From NCBI GenBank assembly GCA_037481775.1, contig JBBFKZ010000007.1, positions 1 to 55,947 on the forward strand: a stretch of DNA of 55,947 nt, in the 5' to 3' direction. This document shows positions 10,375-20,107 of the stretch, in pieces. The first letter of the stretch is position 1. The number at the start of each line of letters is the position of its first letter. The notes below the pieces were generated by a model that was not told the origin of the DNA, made no database searches, and saw only the letters and a program-made list of their open reading frames with translations. Source of the DNA: Candidatus Bathyarchaeia archaeon (GTDB lineage: Archaea; Thermoproteota; Bathyarchaeia; Bathyarchaeales; Bathycorpusculaceae). The translations under genes and the position numbers were made by a program.

Positions 10375-11604
10375 TTGGATCCAACTGTGATAGCGTTTCT
10401 TGTTGCAGCAGTAATCATAATTCTTGGTTTCTTAGGCGAAGAATTCTTCAGCCGAACAAGCATCCCTGACGCGATATTCCTACTGCTGCTGGGCCTTATG
10501 TTGGGTCCAATCTTTCAACTGTTTGTTCAGGCAGAGTTACTTGCAATTACACCCTATTTCGCCGCGTTAGCCCTAATCATAATTCTCTTCGACGCTGGCT
10601 TAAACATGGACATACATGAAGCAGTTGCCAGTAGTTCACGTGCTACAGTGCTGGCTGTACTTGGCTGGGGCCTAAACGTGCTCGCAACAGCAGGCCTTTG
10701 CAAGCTACTGCTCGGTTGGCGCTTTCTGGACGGCTTACTTTTAGGGTGCATCGTCGGCGGAACCAGTTCAATAATAGTCGTTGCTTTAATAAGGAAACTG
10801 AAAGTTGGAGAAAAAATTGAAACTACTTTGAGTATAGAGTCTGTTTTAACTGATGTTTTTTGCACAGTGGGCGCTTTCACCGTAATTAAGATACTGCTGT
10901 CAGGCGAGGTAAGCATGGGCGCCGCCTTAGGCTCTGTAGGCACAGCATTCGGTTTAGGTGGTCTTGTGGGTTTAGGTTTCGGCATTGCTTGGCTAATCCT
11001 TCTTGAGAAGCTGAAGGGCAAACCCAACGCTTACATGCTAACCTTGGCCATGTTACTTTTAACCTACGTTGTTACTTCAAACTTGGGTGGAAACGGAGCA
11101 GTCTCCGCTCTATTTTTCGGCTTAGTTATTGGAAACTCGCGCCCCATAGGAAGATTGTTCAAATTTAGAAGCACTGTTTCAATAGACGACAACGTACGCA
11201 ACTTTCACTGCCAAATCAGCTTTCTAGTTCGCGATTTCTTTTTTGTTTTCACAGGACTTCTCTTTAATGTGTCATCGCTAACGTCAATTTTCTTCGGCAT
11301 ACTCTTAACTTTAATCTTCCTTGGAACACGATTAGTTGCAGTAAAAATATCTGCCTTCAAATCTGAGTTACGCAACCATGAACTTTTGATGACTGTAATG
11401 TTCCCTCGAGGTTTGGCTGCCGCCGTGCTCGCCTCATTGCCCCTTACAATGCTTGGATCGAAATACCAAATTTTCTCGGAAATCGCCTTCATAGTAATCT
11501 TTGCAACAATCATCGTCTGCACCATCGGTGTCGTCATGCTTAAAAAGCGCGAAAACACTCGCTCCGCGACAAAATACCACATCCAAAGTACCCAAAACTA
11601 CTGA
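10375..11604 (+). CDS. Cation:proton antiporter (CPA1/NhaP-like)
   Basis: About 12 TM helices; ILFDAGL, ESVLTD, PRGLAAAVLA motifs. Confidence 0.88.
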   Translation: MDPTVIAFLVAAVIIILGFLGEEFFSRTSIPDAIFLLLLGLMLGPIFQLFVQAELLAITPYFAALALIIILFDAGLNMDIHEAVASSSRATVLAVLGWGLNVLATAGLCKLLLGWRFLDGLLLGCIVGGTSSIIVVALIRKLKVGEKIETTLSIESVLTDVFCTVGAFTVIKILLSGEVSMGAALGSVGTAFGLGGLVGLGFGIAWLILLEKLKGKPNAYMLTLAMLLLTYVVTSNLGGNGAVSALFFGLVIGNSRPIGRLFKFRSTVSIDDNVRNFHCQISFLVRDFFFVFTGLLFNVSSLTSIFFGILLTLIFLGTRLVAVKISAFKSELRNHELLMTVMFPRGLAAAVLASLPLTMLGSKYQIFSEIAFIVIFATIIVCTIGVVMLKKRENTRSATKYHIQSTQNY

Positions 11605-11686
11605 AACCCAGTTCACAAATACCTCTTGAAGTTCGTAATCAATAAATATGCCGCGGATGCTAAATGTTGACAAGAAGTGACATGTA

Positions 11687-11851
11687 ATGCCCCAACTTGT
11701 AATCTGCCATGGCTGCAAACATGTGTTATACGAGGGCTCAGAACTTAAACCTCCAGACGAAATACTGCAAAGTTACGATGGAAAATGCCCTAAATGTGGT
11801 CGGAAACTATCCTTACTGCCTATTGACGTTGACGTAAAATCCGTAAAATAA
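11687..11851 (+). CDS. 54-aa zinc-ribbon protein (not in ORF track)
   Basis: Hand translation MPQLVICHGCKHVLYEGSELKPPDEILQSYDGKCPKCGRKLSLLPIDVDVKSVK; two CxxC pairs. Confidence 0.75.
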   Translation: MPQLVICHGCKHVLYEGSELKPPDEILQSYDGKCPKCGRKLSLLPIDVDVKSVK

Positions 11852-12187
11852 GCTCTAACGAAAAAGCGGAATACTCTTCAAAAATGCAATGTAAGAAAAC
11901 TTGAAACCTCAAGAGAAGCCTACGTTACCATAAGCAAATATTTAATGCTGGAAAGCTTCATTTTTTAATCAATTCACCTACATAAATCTCCAATATCTTA
12001 TCTATAGCCGCAAAAAATTTCTGCCTATATAATCAAGCCTTGGGCGATCATACATGGCTTGAACGCAAATATACCTCAGCTTTAGCTTAATTCTAGGAAA
12101 GCAATAAATAAACGGGCTATTGTGACATAACGATTATTAACCGCAAAACAAATAAATGGTTTCATTCACGTATGAAGCGATTACAAG

Positions 12188-14446
12188 TTGGAGGAAGAAG
12201 ACACGGCTAAGGAACGGTTCTTCAATAACCTTAAAGTTCTTGGGCAACTTCGCATCCAAACAAGCCACGCTTCGATAGTATGTTATTCCGCTTTGTTTCT
12301 GATACTCTTTATCGCTTTTACAATTCGTATTTTACCCATGCGTTGGGAAATACCCTTAGGCACTTTACGCCTTAACGAATTTGATCCATATTATCAATAC
12401 AGCTTAACAAACTATATGGTGCAGAATGGCCTTCTCTCGCCTTATTGGCCCACACCATGGATAAACACACAACAATGGTACCCTGCCGGGCTGGATATGT
12501 CTACTTCATATCCATCTCTACCGATGACAGCCGCTGCACTTTACAGCATCATCTCATTTTTAGGCGTTAACGTAGATCTAATGTCATTTTGCTCTTTCTT
12601 ACCCGCCATCTTCGGAATGGTCGCCTGCCTGATAATCTACTTCATAGGAAAAGACATAGGCGGAAAAACAGTTGGCCTATTCGCCTCACTTTTTCTAGCA
12701 TTAGCACCTTCCTTCCTAGCAAGAACCGCGCTTGGATTCTTTGACACAGAATCTGTAGGCATCCTTGGTCTCTTATCATTTATTTTCCTATTTTTGAGAG
12801 CAATTGACGAAAATAGATCCACGCGTTCAGCTTTGCTGTACTCTTTCGGCGCCGCTGGCGCATTAGCCTACTTCCTCTTGGGATGGGGTGCAGCCTACTA
12901 TATGCTAGGTTTAACCGCCCTTTTCGTTTTAACGCTAATTCTGCTAAAAAGGTACACTCCCCGTCTGCTGCTTTCCTACAGCATAACTTTTGGTTTAGCA
13001 TTCTTCATAGCTACAAAGTTTCCATATCTATCATTGCATTACCTAACTACTGGCCCAGTGTTACTGGTCGCCGGCGTGTTCCTTTTGCTTTGCCTTTCAG
13101 AAGTTTTGCGTCATAACATATCCGCCAGGACAAAAACCTTGCTTGCTGCCGTAACGCTCGTCGTGCTGGTTGGCGTATTCATTGCACTAGCTCAACTTGG
13201 TTACTTGGAGAATATAGCAGGCAAGTTCCTTTCGGTGGTAAACCCCTTTCTCCGCTCAGCAGTTCCCTTGTTAGAGTCAGTAGCCGAGCATAGAATCACA
13301 GCGTGGGGCAGCATTTACTATGACTTGGGGTTAGGGATACTCTTTTTCTTAGCAGGCTTATACTTCACGCTGAGAAACCCCACTAACAGAAACATCTTTT
13401 TGCTGCTTTTTGGCGCTACCTCACTTTATTTCGCTGCCTCTATGGTACGTTTGCTTGCCATCTTCGCGCCTGCCTTCAGCCTTCTAGCAGCGACGGGAAT
13501 TTTGGGTATACTGAAGCCGTTTTACGCTTTATTGCGGGAGGCACCAGAACTTGCAGTGAAAGCGAAACGTAGAATAGCTCGCGTAAGCAGGGAATACAGC
13601 GGAGCTGCAGTTTTTCTTATTTTCCTGCTTCTACTTACGAATCTCGCGTTTTCGCCTCAAAATGGCGGTATACCTCGCGTCTACGGTCAGGCGTACTCGC
13701 CTCTCACGATTACCGCAGCAAGCCTTCCAGTAGTGCCGAATGAGCCGGCGACTGAATGGTTAGACATGCTGAGCTATACGAGGAATAATCTTCAATCAAC
13801 CACAGTGGTGTGCTCTTGGTGGGACTACGGATATTGGCTGAGCATACTTGGCAACGTTACAACCTTAGCCGATAACGCCACGGTTAATAGTACGCAGATA
13901 GAAAACATCGGTTTCATCTTTATGGCGCCTGAAGAAAAAGCGCTTGCCATGCTGGAGCGGTATAACGCCAAATACATACTAGTCTTCGTTACCCTCGGCA
14001 TAGCGCAATCTTCCAGCGGCAGCTCCTATGTGGTTCGCTTCGTGGGATATGGCGACGAAGGGAAATGGATGTGGATGGCGCGGATTTCAGGTCAAGCCCG
14101 TGACAGATTCATAGCGGAAGGTTTGCTTGATGAAGACTCTGCATGGACGGACGAAAAAACATTCGTCAATACAACTAGCGGCCAATGGCTTGACGCCGGA
14201 AAGAACACGACCATTTACAAGTTAATGAGCTGGGCAAAACAGCGTTGGGCTGATGTATCCGGCGTACAAAGCGGCATTACCGCGGACGAGGCAGGTGTAC
14301 AGCCTACCTATTTCAAGGAGGCATACTTCGCCGGCGAGAACCTAAGCGCAATTGACGCTTCTGCAAAATATGGCGGCCTCATTCCAATTGTGGCTTTGTA
14401 CGAGATTGACTGGCAAAAATACTACAACGCTACAAGCCAACCCTAA
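12188..14446 (+). CDS. aglB: Oligosaccharyltransferase AglB/STT3
   Basis: EFDPYY, GFFDTE, SVAEH, WWDYG, DNAT motifs; multi-TM N-terminus plus soluble C-terminal domain. Confidence 0.96.
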   Translation: MEEEDTAKERFFNNLKVLGQLRIQTSHASIVCYSALFLILFIAFTIRILPMRWEIPLGTLRLNEFDPYYQYSLTNYMVQNGLLSPYWPTPWINTQQWYPAGLDMSTSYPSLPMTAAALYSIISFLGVNVDLMSFCSFLPAIFGMVACLIIYFIGKDIGGKTVGLFASLFLALAPSFLARTALGFFDTESVGILGLLSFIFLFLRAIDENRSTRSALLYSFGAAGALAYFLLGWGAAYYMLGLTALFVLTLILLKRYTPRLLLSYSITFGLAFFIATKFPYLSLHYLTTGPVLLVAGVFLLLCLSEVLRHNISARTKTLLAAVTLVVLVGVFIALAQLGYLENIAGKFLSVVNPFLRSAVPLLESVAEHRITAWGSIYYDLGLGILFFLAGLYFTLRNPTNRNIFLLLFGATSLYFAASMVRLLAIFAPAFSLLAATGILGILKPFYALLREAPELAVKAKRRIARVSREYSGAAVFLIFLLLLTNLAFSPQNGGIPRVYGQAYSPLTITAASLPVVPNEPATEWLDMLSYTRNNLQSTTVVCSWWDYGYWLSILGNVTTLADNATVNSTQIENIGFIFMAPEEKALAMLERYNAKYILVFVTLGIAQSSSGSSYVVRFVGYGDEGKWMWMARISGQARDRFIAEGLLDEDSAWTDEKTFVNTTSGQWLDAGKNTTIYKLMSWAKQRWADVSGVQSGITADEAGVQPTYFKEAYFAGENLSAIDASAKYGGLIPIVALYEIDWQKYYNATSQP

Positions 14447-14458
14447 GGAAGCGAAACT

Positions 14459-15328
14459 GTGTTCCCCAGAGTTCCCGACCAGCACAAGATAGATAAACCC
14501 TTGGTTCCAAACGGCTTAGGCGTAATTTACGTTCTATTCACAACAGTCTACCTCTTCCTAGGCTACTTTCTGGGCATCGCCGAATCGGGGAATGGGGTTT
14601 CTGTGCCGTTAACTTTGGCTGTTTGCATTCTATTTGGCGGCTTCATGGGGCTGCTGGACGACTGGATGGATCTGAAATGGCGGTACAAGGCGTTTATGCC
14701 TCTAATCGCCGCGTTGCCTTTGGTGTACTTGGCGCGCGAGTACGCTTTACGCACCGCCATTTCGTTGCCCATAATAGGCATAATAGACTTTGGAGAGGCA
14801 TACTATTTTCTAGTAATTCCATTACTAGTTATGGTGGTTACTAACACCGTGAACATGCTTGGCGGCTTGAACGGTTTAGAAACTATCTGCCCTGCGATAG
14901 TCCTAATCGGGTTAATGGCGCTGTCTCCGCTTTCACACCTTCTTCTTATGCTTGGGCCGCTGATTCTCTGGCTTGCTCTTGCGGCTTTTAACTTCAAGGG
15001 CAAGATTTTCGTAGGCAACAGCGGCTCATTCGCCATTGGCATGACAATAGCCTCGTATGCAGTAATCGCCGATCTGAAATCAAGTTTGCTGATCTCGATT
15101 ATACCCTACGTTTTCAACTCGTCTTTGATATTGTTGAGTGTTTTCCTTTTTGGAAAAAAGGCAGCGGTCACACTTGACGGTAACAAGCTTGTTTCCACAC
15201 ACAGGCGCAGTTTAATTACGCTTATTACTTATCAGCGGCCGATGACTGAACGCCAAGTAGTAATCGCGGTGTCTCTTCTGATCGCAGCTTTTGTAGCTAT
15301 CGCTGTTCTCACCGAGTTGTTGTGGTGA
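14459..15328 (+). CDS. Polyprenol-phosphate GlcNAc-1-phosphate transferase (AglH/GPT/MraY family)
   Basis: DxHK..KP.VP.G, GLLDD, NTVNMLGGLNGLE, IFVGNSG; directly after aglB. Confidence 0.85.
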   Translation: MFPRVPDQHKIDKPLVPNGLGVIYVLFTTVYLFLGYFLGIAESGNGVSVPLTLAVCILFGGFMGLLDDWMDLKWRYKAFMPLIAALPLVYLAREYALRTAISLPIIGIIDFGEAYYFLVIPLLVMVVTNTVNMLGGLNGLETICPAIVLIGLMALSPLSHLLLMLGPLILWLALAAFNFKGKIFVGNSGSFAIGMTIASYAVIADLKSSLLISIIPYVFNSSLILLSVFLFGKKAAVTLDGNKLVSTHRRSLITLITYQRPMTERQVVIAVSLLIAAFVAIAVLTELLW

Positions 15329-15401
15329 TTGTCGCTTAGTTTTGGCAATCCTCATCAGATGTTGCATGGGCTAATGCGAATTTTGCCTTTTATAATTCAG
15401 C

Positions 15402-15412
15402 AAGTTTTAATA
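15402..15412 (+). promoter_or_regulatory. Putative BRE/TATA promoter of queT
   Basis: AAGTTTTAATA about 28-38 nt upstream of the GC-rich structured leader. Confidence 0.5.
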
Positions 15413-15440
15413 GGCAATGTTTGGTTGTGCATAAACTAAT

Positions 15441-15496
15441 GGGCGGGTAGGTGGGCCTCCACCCGTTCCGCCATATAAACCCCGGCGTAGGAGGTG
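15441..15496 (+). ncRNA. Candidate cis-regulatory RNA (riboswitch-like) in the queT 5' UTR
   Basis: GC-rich leader; anti-SD CCTCC (15456-60) complementary to SD GGAGG (15490-94); two mutually exclusive folds. Confidence 0.5.
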
Positions 15497-15500
15497 TAAA

Positions 15501-16049
15501 ATGGTGAAGATTGATAGTCGAGATTTGACAGGCACCGCGGTCTTTGCGGCATTGTACGTGGTAATCAATATTGTGCAAACTGTTACGGTGGGTAACCCTA
15601 CAATTTATGGGCCTATACAACTGCGCTTAGCGGACTTCATGATTGCGCTGGCAGCATTATTCGGCTGGCCGCTAATTGGCGGAGTCACGATAGGTTGCTT
15701 CTTAACTAACGCTTACTACTTCCTCGGCGCACCGGACGTGCTTCTCGGGCCTATAGCTAACTTTGTCGCCGCTTGGCTCGTAATGTTCTTGAGAAAGCGT
15801 CGATTGCTGGCATGTGTTGTCGGCGCTTTGCCCATCGGCTTAATCGTTGGCGGTTATCTCTGGATTTTCTTTCCTCCACCAGAAGTCTTGGGCAGTTTAC
15901 CTGCGTGGGCAGGCATGATAATTAGCATCACCGTCAGTAGCTTAATTGCAGTAGCGGTCATAGGATACTTGATGCTGACGATGTTAAGTCGACCTAACAT
16001 TATCAAACCGTTGAAAGCGCGTGGGCTAAAAGTTGTCTCGGAAAGGTGA
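15501..16049 (+). CDS. queT: QueT-family (COG4708) 7-deazaguanine precursor transporter S component
   Basis: AALYVV...P.IYGPIQLRLAD...GVTIGCFLTN...DVLLG pattern; strong SD GGAGGTG. Confidence 0.85.
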   Translation: MVKIDSRDLTGTAVFAALYVVINIVQTVTVGNPTIYGPIQLRLADFMIALAALFGWPLIGGVTIGCFLTNAYYFLGAPDVLLGPIANFVAAWLVMFLRKRRLLACVVGALPIGLIVGGYLWIFFPPPEVLGSLPAWAGMIISITVSSLIAVAVIGYLMLTMLSRPNIIKPLKARGLKVVSER

Positions 16050-16220
16050 TACGTGGATTCTCTGTTCAAATTCCGCTTTTCTTTTTCGTTTACTTGCAGA
16101 AGGCTTCGTTGCTTATTGCCAAAGTAGGTCTTGCTATGATGCTGTTTTTAACTTGCACTTTGCAGTAATTAGTATAATTTATAACTGTCTGTTGCGCCTA
16201 CTCTCGTAGGAGGTTTATTA

Positions 16221-16724
16221 ATGGCTAAAACTGAAGAGAATTTGAAACATGCTTTTGCAGGTGAATCTCAGGCTAACAGGCGCTATTTAGCTTTCGCTAA
16301 AAAGGCTGAAGAAGAGGGATACATACAGGTTGCTAAACTCTTTAAGGCCGCTGCAGAAGCGGAAACAATTCACGCACTGAACCATCTGCGGATAACTGGG
16401 CAGGTTAAATCAACACCAGAGAACTTGGAGGCTGCGGTTTCAGGAGAAACCTTCGAATTCAAAGAAATGTACCCCGAGTATATCGCTACTGCAAAACAGG
16501 AAGGCAACAAGCAGGCAGCGTGGAGCTTTAACGTGGCTAATCAAGTAGAGCAAGTGCATGCCAAGCTGTTTGCAAATGCAATTGACGCACTGAAGAGTAA
16601 AAAGCCGCTTGATCAAGTGGACTATTATGTGTGCAGCGTATGCGGCAACACTGTTGAAGGTTCACCGCCAGATGTGTGTCCAATCTGTGGCGCGCCGAAA
16701 GAAAAATTCTTTAAACCCACATAA
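16221..16724 (+). CDS. rbr: Rubrerythrin
   Basis: AFAGESQANRRY, EAETIHA, E..EMYP, EQVH; C-terminal CSVCG...CPICG. Confidence 0.94.
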   Translation: MAKTEENLKHAFAGESQANRRYLAFAKKAEEEGYIQVAKLFKAAAEAETIHALNHLRITGQVKSTPENLEAAVSGETFEFKEMYPEYIATAKQEGNKQAAWSFNVANQVEQVHAKLFANAIDALKSKKPLDQVDYYVCSVCGNTVEGSPPDVCPICGAPKEKFFKPT

Positions 16725-16795
16725 CACCCTTTTTTGTTTCTAATTCTTCAAAACATTATTATGCGGCCGCGGCGAGATTATATCTGGTGTTTTCT

Positions 16796-17013
16796 TTGGG
16801 TTGCTGGAAATGGTTTAACAGTGTTTTAAAAGAGGCAGGAGTGCAGGTCACAGAGAAAAACAAGGATGCAATTGACCAAGTCATACATGATTATGTAAGT
16901 GAGCAGCTAGTTATGGCCGCTGCTCGGCGGATTGGCGAAAAGCCCGTAAAGAAATTAACGAAAAACCTGAAATGAAAAAAGAACTCATCAAAAAACTGAA
17001 GTCGCTCGTCTAA
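16796..17013 (+). pseudogene. Frameshifted small hypothetical gene (about 72 aa if repaired)
   Basis: TTG start after GGTG; MGCWKWFNSVLKEAGVQVTEKNKDAIDQVIHDYVSEQ continues in the -1 frame near 16906 as SYGRCSADWRKARKEINEKPEMKKELIKKLKSLV*. Confidence 0.55.
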
Positions 17014-17121
17014 AAAGTTGTTTTGCCCCTCTCTTTTTTTCTGCAATAAAGCATGTTTTCGGCGATAGTGCATCTTATATATGGGCGGGTCCCTTTATTT
17101 TCGCAAAAGAAGTGTTCGAAT

Positions 17122-17283
17122 ATGGATAAATGGGAATGCACCCTCTGCGGTTACATATACGATCCGGCGAAGGGGGATCCTGAACATGGAATACCTGCTG
17201 GAACAGCCTTTGAGCAGTTGCCTGTCAACTGGACTTGCCCAATTTGTGGAGCGCCAAAAAGCCAATTTGTAAAGAGACAGTAA
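17122..17283 (+). CDS. Rubredoxin
   Basis: [40 protein letters not shown]; true start ATG at 17122. Confidence 0.95.
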   Translation: MDKWECTLCGYIYDPAKGDPEHGIPAGTAFEQLPVNWTCPICGAPKSQFVKRQ

Positions 17284-17373
17284 CCAAAAGATTAACTGCA
17301 CTCTAAGAGAACCGTTGTATCAATTTTTTGAAAACTTTATATCACTATTGAAACACAATAATTTTGGATATAG

Positions 17374-19464
17374 ATGTTTTTAAACAAAATCAAAAAGAGA
17401 GACGGAAGCCTCGCTGATTTTGAGCCGGAAAGAATCAAAAACGCTGTTCACAGAGCTTTTCTTGCGGTTGAACTTGAAAACGGCGAGAAAGCTGAAGGCA
17501 TAACTGAAGAAGTAGTTGCGTTGTTAAAGGAACGATTCAGAGATGTGATTCCTTCAGTTGAGGACGTGCAGGACATAGTTGTCGAAGTTTTAAAGAAAAA
17601 AGGCTATGGCAAGGTGGCGCAAGCCTATGATGATTACCGGAAGAAGAAAGAAGAGCTTCGTTCTCTCCGAGAAACTCTTGGAATAGAACCCAAACTGACT
17701 GTGAACGCTCTTGAAGTTCTAAAAGCAAGGTATTTGTTGCGCGACGAAAAAGAAAACATTATAGAAACTCCAGCGCAGCTTTTTGAACGGGTAGCTAAAG
17801 CCATAGCCAAAGTTGACAAGAAATACGGAGATGAGGCTGAAAAAAGCGAGAAAATCTTCTATGAGATGATGGCAAAGCTCGAATTTCTCCCTAATTCCCC
17901 AACATTGTTCAACGCGGGGACAACCATAGGACAGTTATCCGCGTGTTTCGTCCTTCCAGTTCCCGATTCACTTGATGGGATATTCACTGCCTTAAAAAAC
18001 ATGGCGCTTATTGAGCAGACAGGCGGCGGCGTAGGCTTCAACTTTTCACAGCTAAGACCTAAAGGCGACATTGTCCGATCAACGAAAGGCGTAGCCTCTG
18101 GCCCAGTAAGTTTTATGCGAATTTTTGATGTAGCAACAGAAGTGATAAAGGCTGGCGGAAAACGCAGAGGCGCCATGATGGGCATCCTGCGCGTGGATCA
18201 CCCGGATATTTTGGAATTCATCACCGCCAAGCAGAATCCCACTTTTCTGTCGAATTTTAACGTTTCAGTGGCTGTTACAGACGAGTTTATGCAGGCGGTT
18301 GCCGCTGACGAAGAATATTGGCTAGTTAACCCGCGGAATAAAGAGAAAGTCCGGGGGCTCAAAGCAAGAGAAGTCTGGAATTTGATAGCACGGTCGGCAT
18401 GGGCAAGCGGAGACCCCGGCGTAATCTTCATCGACGAGATAAACCGCCATAACCCGACACCGCAAGTCGGGCGAATTGAAGCTACAAACCCCTGTGGCGA
18501 ACAACCATTGCTGCCTTATGAGTCGTGCAATTTAGGCTCAATTAATCTTTCGCGTATGGTAACTGATGGCAAGGTAAATTGGGATAAGCTGCGGGAGACT
18601 GTGCGGAATGCTGTGCATTTTCTGGATAATGTGGTGGATGCAAATGTTTATCCGCTTAAGGAAATAGCCGAAATAACGAGGGCTAACCGTAAAATCGGTT
18701 TAGGCGTTATGGGCTTCGCTGACATGCTGATCCTGCTTGGCGTGCCTTATGATTCCGAGGAAGCGCTAAAGTTGGCTGAGCAAGTGATGCGGTTTATCCA
18801 GGAAGAGGCACACGAGAGATCTAGAGAGATTGGTGAGGCGCGGGGTTCTTTTCCAAATTTTGAGCGGAGCATTTGGAGGAACAAGTACAGCGCGTTTAGG
18901 AATGCAACCGTGACTACTGTGGCGCCTACTGGAACCATAAGTATCATCGCAGGCTGCTCTTCTGGAATAGAGCCGTTGTTTGCTGTTTCGTTTATTCGGA
19001 ATGTTTTAGGTGGCGCTAGGCTTTTTGAGACGAACGTGCTGTTTGAGGCTGTTGCCAAGGCAAGAGGCTTTTACAGCGCCCAACTCCTTGAAGACGTGGC
19101 TAAGACGGGCTCAGTTCAGAAAATTGCTGGCGTACCTGAGGATGTTAAGCGACTTTTTGTTACGGCTTTGGATATTGCGCCTGTATGGCATGTTAAGATG
19201 CAGGCGGCCTTCCAGAAGTTCACGGATAATGCTGTTTCTAAAACCGTTAACATGCCGTTCGAGGCAAAAGTTGAGGATGTACAGGAAATTTTCGATTTAG
19301 CCTGGCGGCTTAAATGCAAAGGCATAACGGTTTTCAGGTATGGCAGCAAGCCGGAACAAGTATTGTACATAGGCGAAGTCAAGACCAAGGAAGGCAAGTT
19401 TGTTTCTGCGCAGTCCGAGTACGCGGGAGGCTGCCCGACGCCTAACTGCCCCTTCCCCAGCTGA
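17374..19464 (+). CDS. nrdJ: Adenosylcobalamin-dependent (class II) ribonucleotide reductase with ATP cone
   Basis: IKKRDG ATP cone, PNSPTL, SACFV, NPCGEQPL, CNLGSINL, APTGTIS; no beta subunit; followed by cobO. Confidence 0.93.
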   Translation: MFLNKIKKRDGSLADFEPERIKNAVHRAFLAVELENGEKAEGITEEVVALLKERFRDVIPSVEDVQDIVVEVLKKKGYGKVAQAYDDYRKKKEELRSLRETLGIEPKLTVNALEVLKARYLLRDEKENIIETPAQLFERVAKAIAKVDKKYGDEAEKSEKIFYEMMAKLEFLPNSPTLFNAGTTIGQLSACFVLPVPDSLDGIFTALKNMALIEQTGGGVGFNFSQLRPKGDIVRSTKGVASGPVSFMRIFDVATEVIKAGGKRRGAMMGILRVDHPDILEFITAKQNPTFLSNFNVSVAVTDEFMQAVAADEEYWLVNPRNKEKVRGLKAREVWNLIARSAWASGDPGVIFIDEINRHNPTPQVGRIEATNPCGEQPLLPYESCNLGSINLSRMVTDGKVNWDKLRETVRNAVHFLDNVVDANVYPLKEIAEITRANRKIGLGVMGFADMLILLGVPYDSEEALKLAEQVMRFIQEEAHERSREIGEARGSFPNFERSIWRNKYSAFRNATVTTVAPTGTISIIAGCSSGIEPLFAVSFIRNVLGGARLFETNVLFEAVAKARGFYSAQLLEDVAKTGSVQKIAGVPEDVKRLFVTALDIAPVWHVKMQAAFQKFTDNAVSKTVNMPFEAKVEDVQEIFDLAWRLKCKGITVFRYGSKPEQVLYIGEVKTKEGKFVSAQSEYAGGCPTPNCPFPS

Positions 19465-19475
19465 GGTGAGCATTT

Positions 19476-20030
19476 ATGGGTTATATATACCTGTATTATG
19501 GCACTGGCGGTGGCAAAACCACTAACGCGCTTGGGTTGGCATTGCGGACTGTGGGCCACGGCAAAAACGTTGTGATAATCCAGTTCCTTAAATGGAAAAA
19601 AGACATCGGCGAGTACTTGATTAAGGATAAGCTTGCGCCACATTATGAGATTTATCAGTTCGGCAGACAGGCGTGGCTTGGCGAAGAAGAGAAAACAGCA
19701 GAATTCGCGGGTGAAACTTTCCATGTTGAACGTGTCAAAAGCCGCGATAAAGCGCTCGCTAAGGAAGCACTTGACTTTGCAGCGCGGATCCTTATGGAGA
19801 AGCGGCCGCATTTGCTTGTTTTGGATGAGATATGCTTGGCGGTGCAGTGGAAGCTTCTGGATGTGCATGATGTGCTGAAACTGCTTGATAACGTGCCTGA
19901 GGAGACAACTGTGGTTATGACTGGGCGGCTGGCGCCGAAGGAGCTCATAGACAGAGCTGACTTCGTTAACATTGTTGAATTGGTTAAAATGCCTGAGGCC
20001 TTTAAGTTAACTGAAGGCATTCAATACTAG
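19476..20030 (+). CDS. cobO: Cob(I)alamin adenosyltransferase (CobO/BtuR type)
   Basis: YYGTGGGKTT.ALGLALR.VGHG, IQFLK, LVLDEI, TGR.AP, AD. Confidence 0.9.
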   Translation: MGYIYLYYGTGGGKTTNALGLALRTVGHGKNVVIIQFLKWKKDIGEYLIKDKLAPHYEIYQFGRQAWLGEEEKTAEFAGETFHVERVKSRDKALAKEALDFAARILMEKRPHLLVLDEICLAVQWKLLDVHDVLKLLDNVPEETTVVMTGRLAPKELIDRADFVNIVELVKMPEAFKLTEGIQY

Positions 20031-20107
20031 GCGCAACCTTGCCGATGCTTAAGTAAAGTATATTAGCTATGCTACGCCTTTAAAATGATGATTTTTGGTG
20101 AGAGAGA

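Noticed and set aside
14444-14461. aglB and the GPT gene are in frame, separated by one TAA (possible read-through fusion)
   Set aside because: One-in-three chance; the AglB C-terminus is extracellular while the GPT N-terminal loop should be cytoplasmic
16172-16182. TATAATTTATA palindrome upstream of rubrerythrin (PerR/Fur-like)
   Set aside because: Explained by the TATA box; not clearly repeated before sod or rubredoxin
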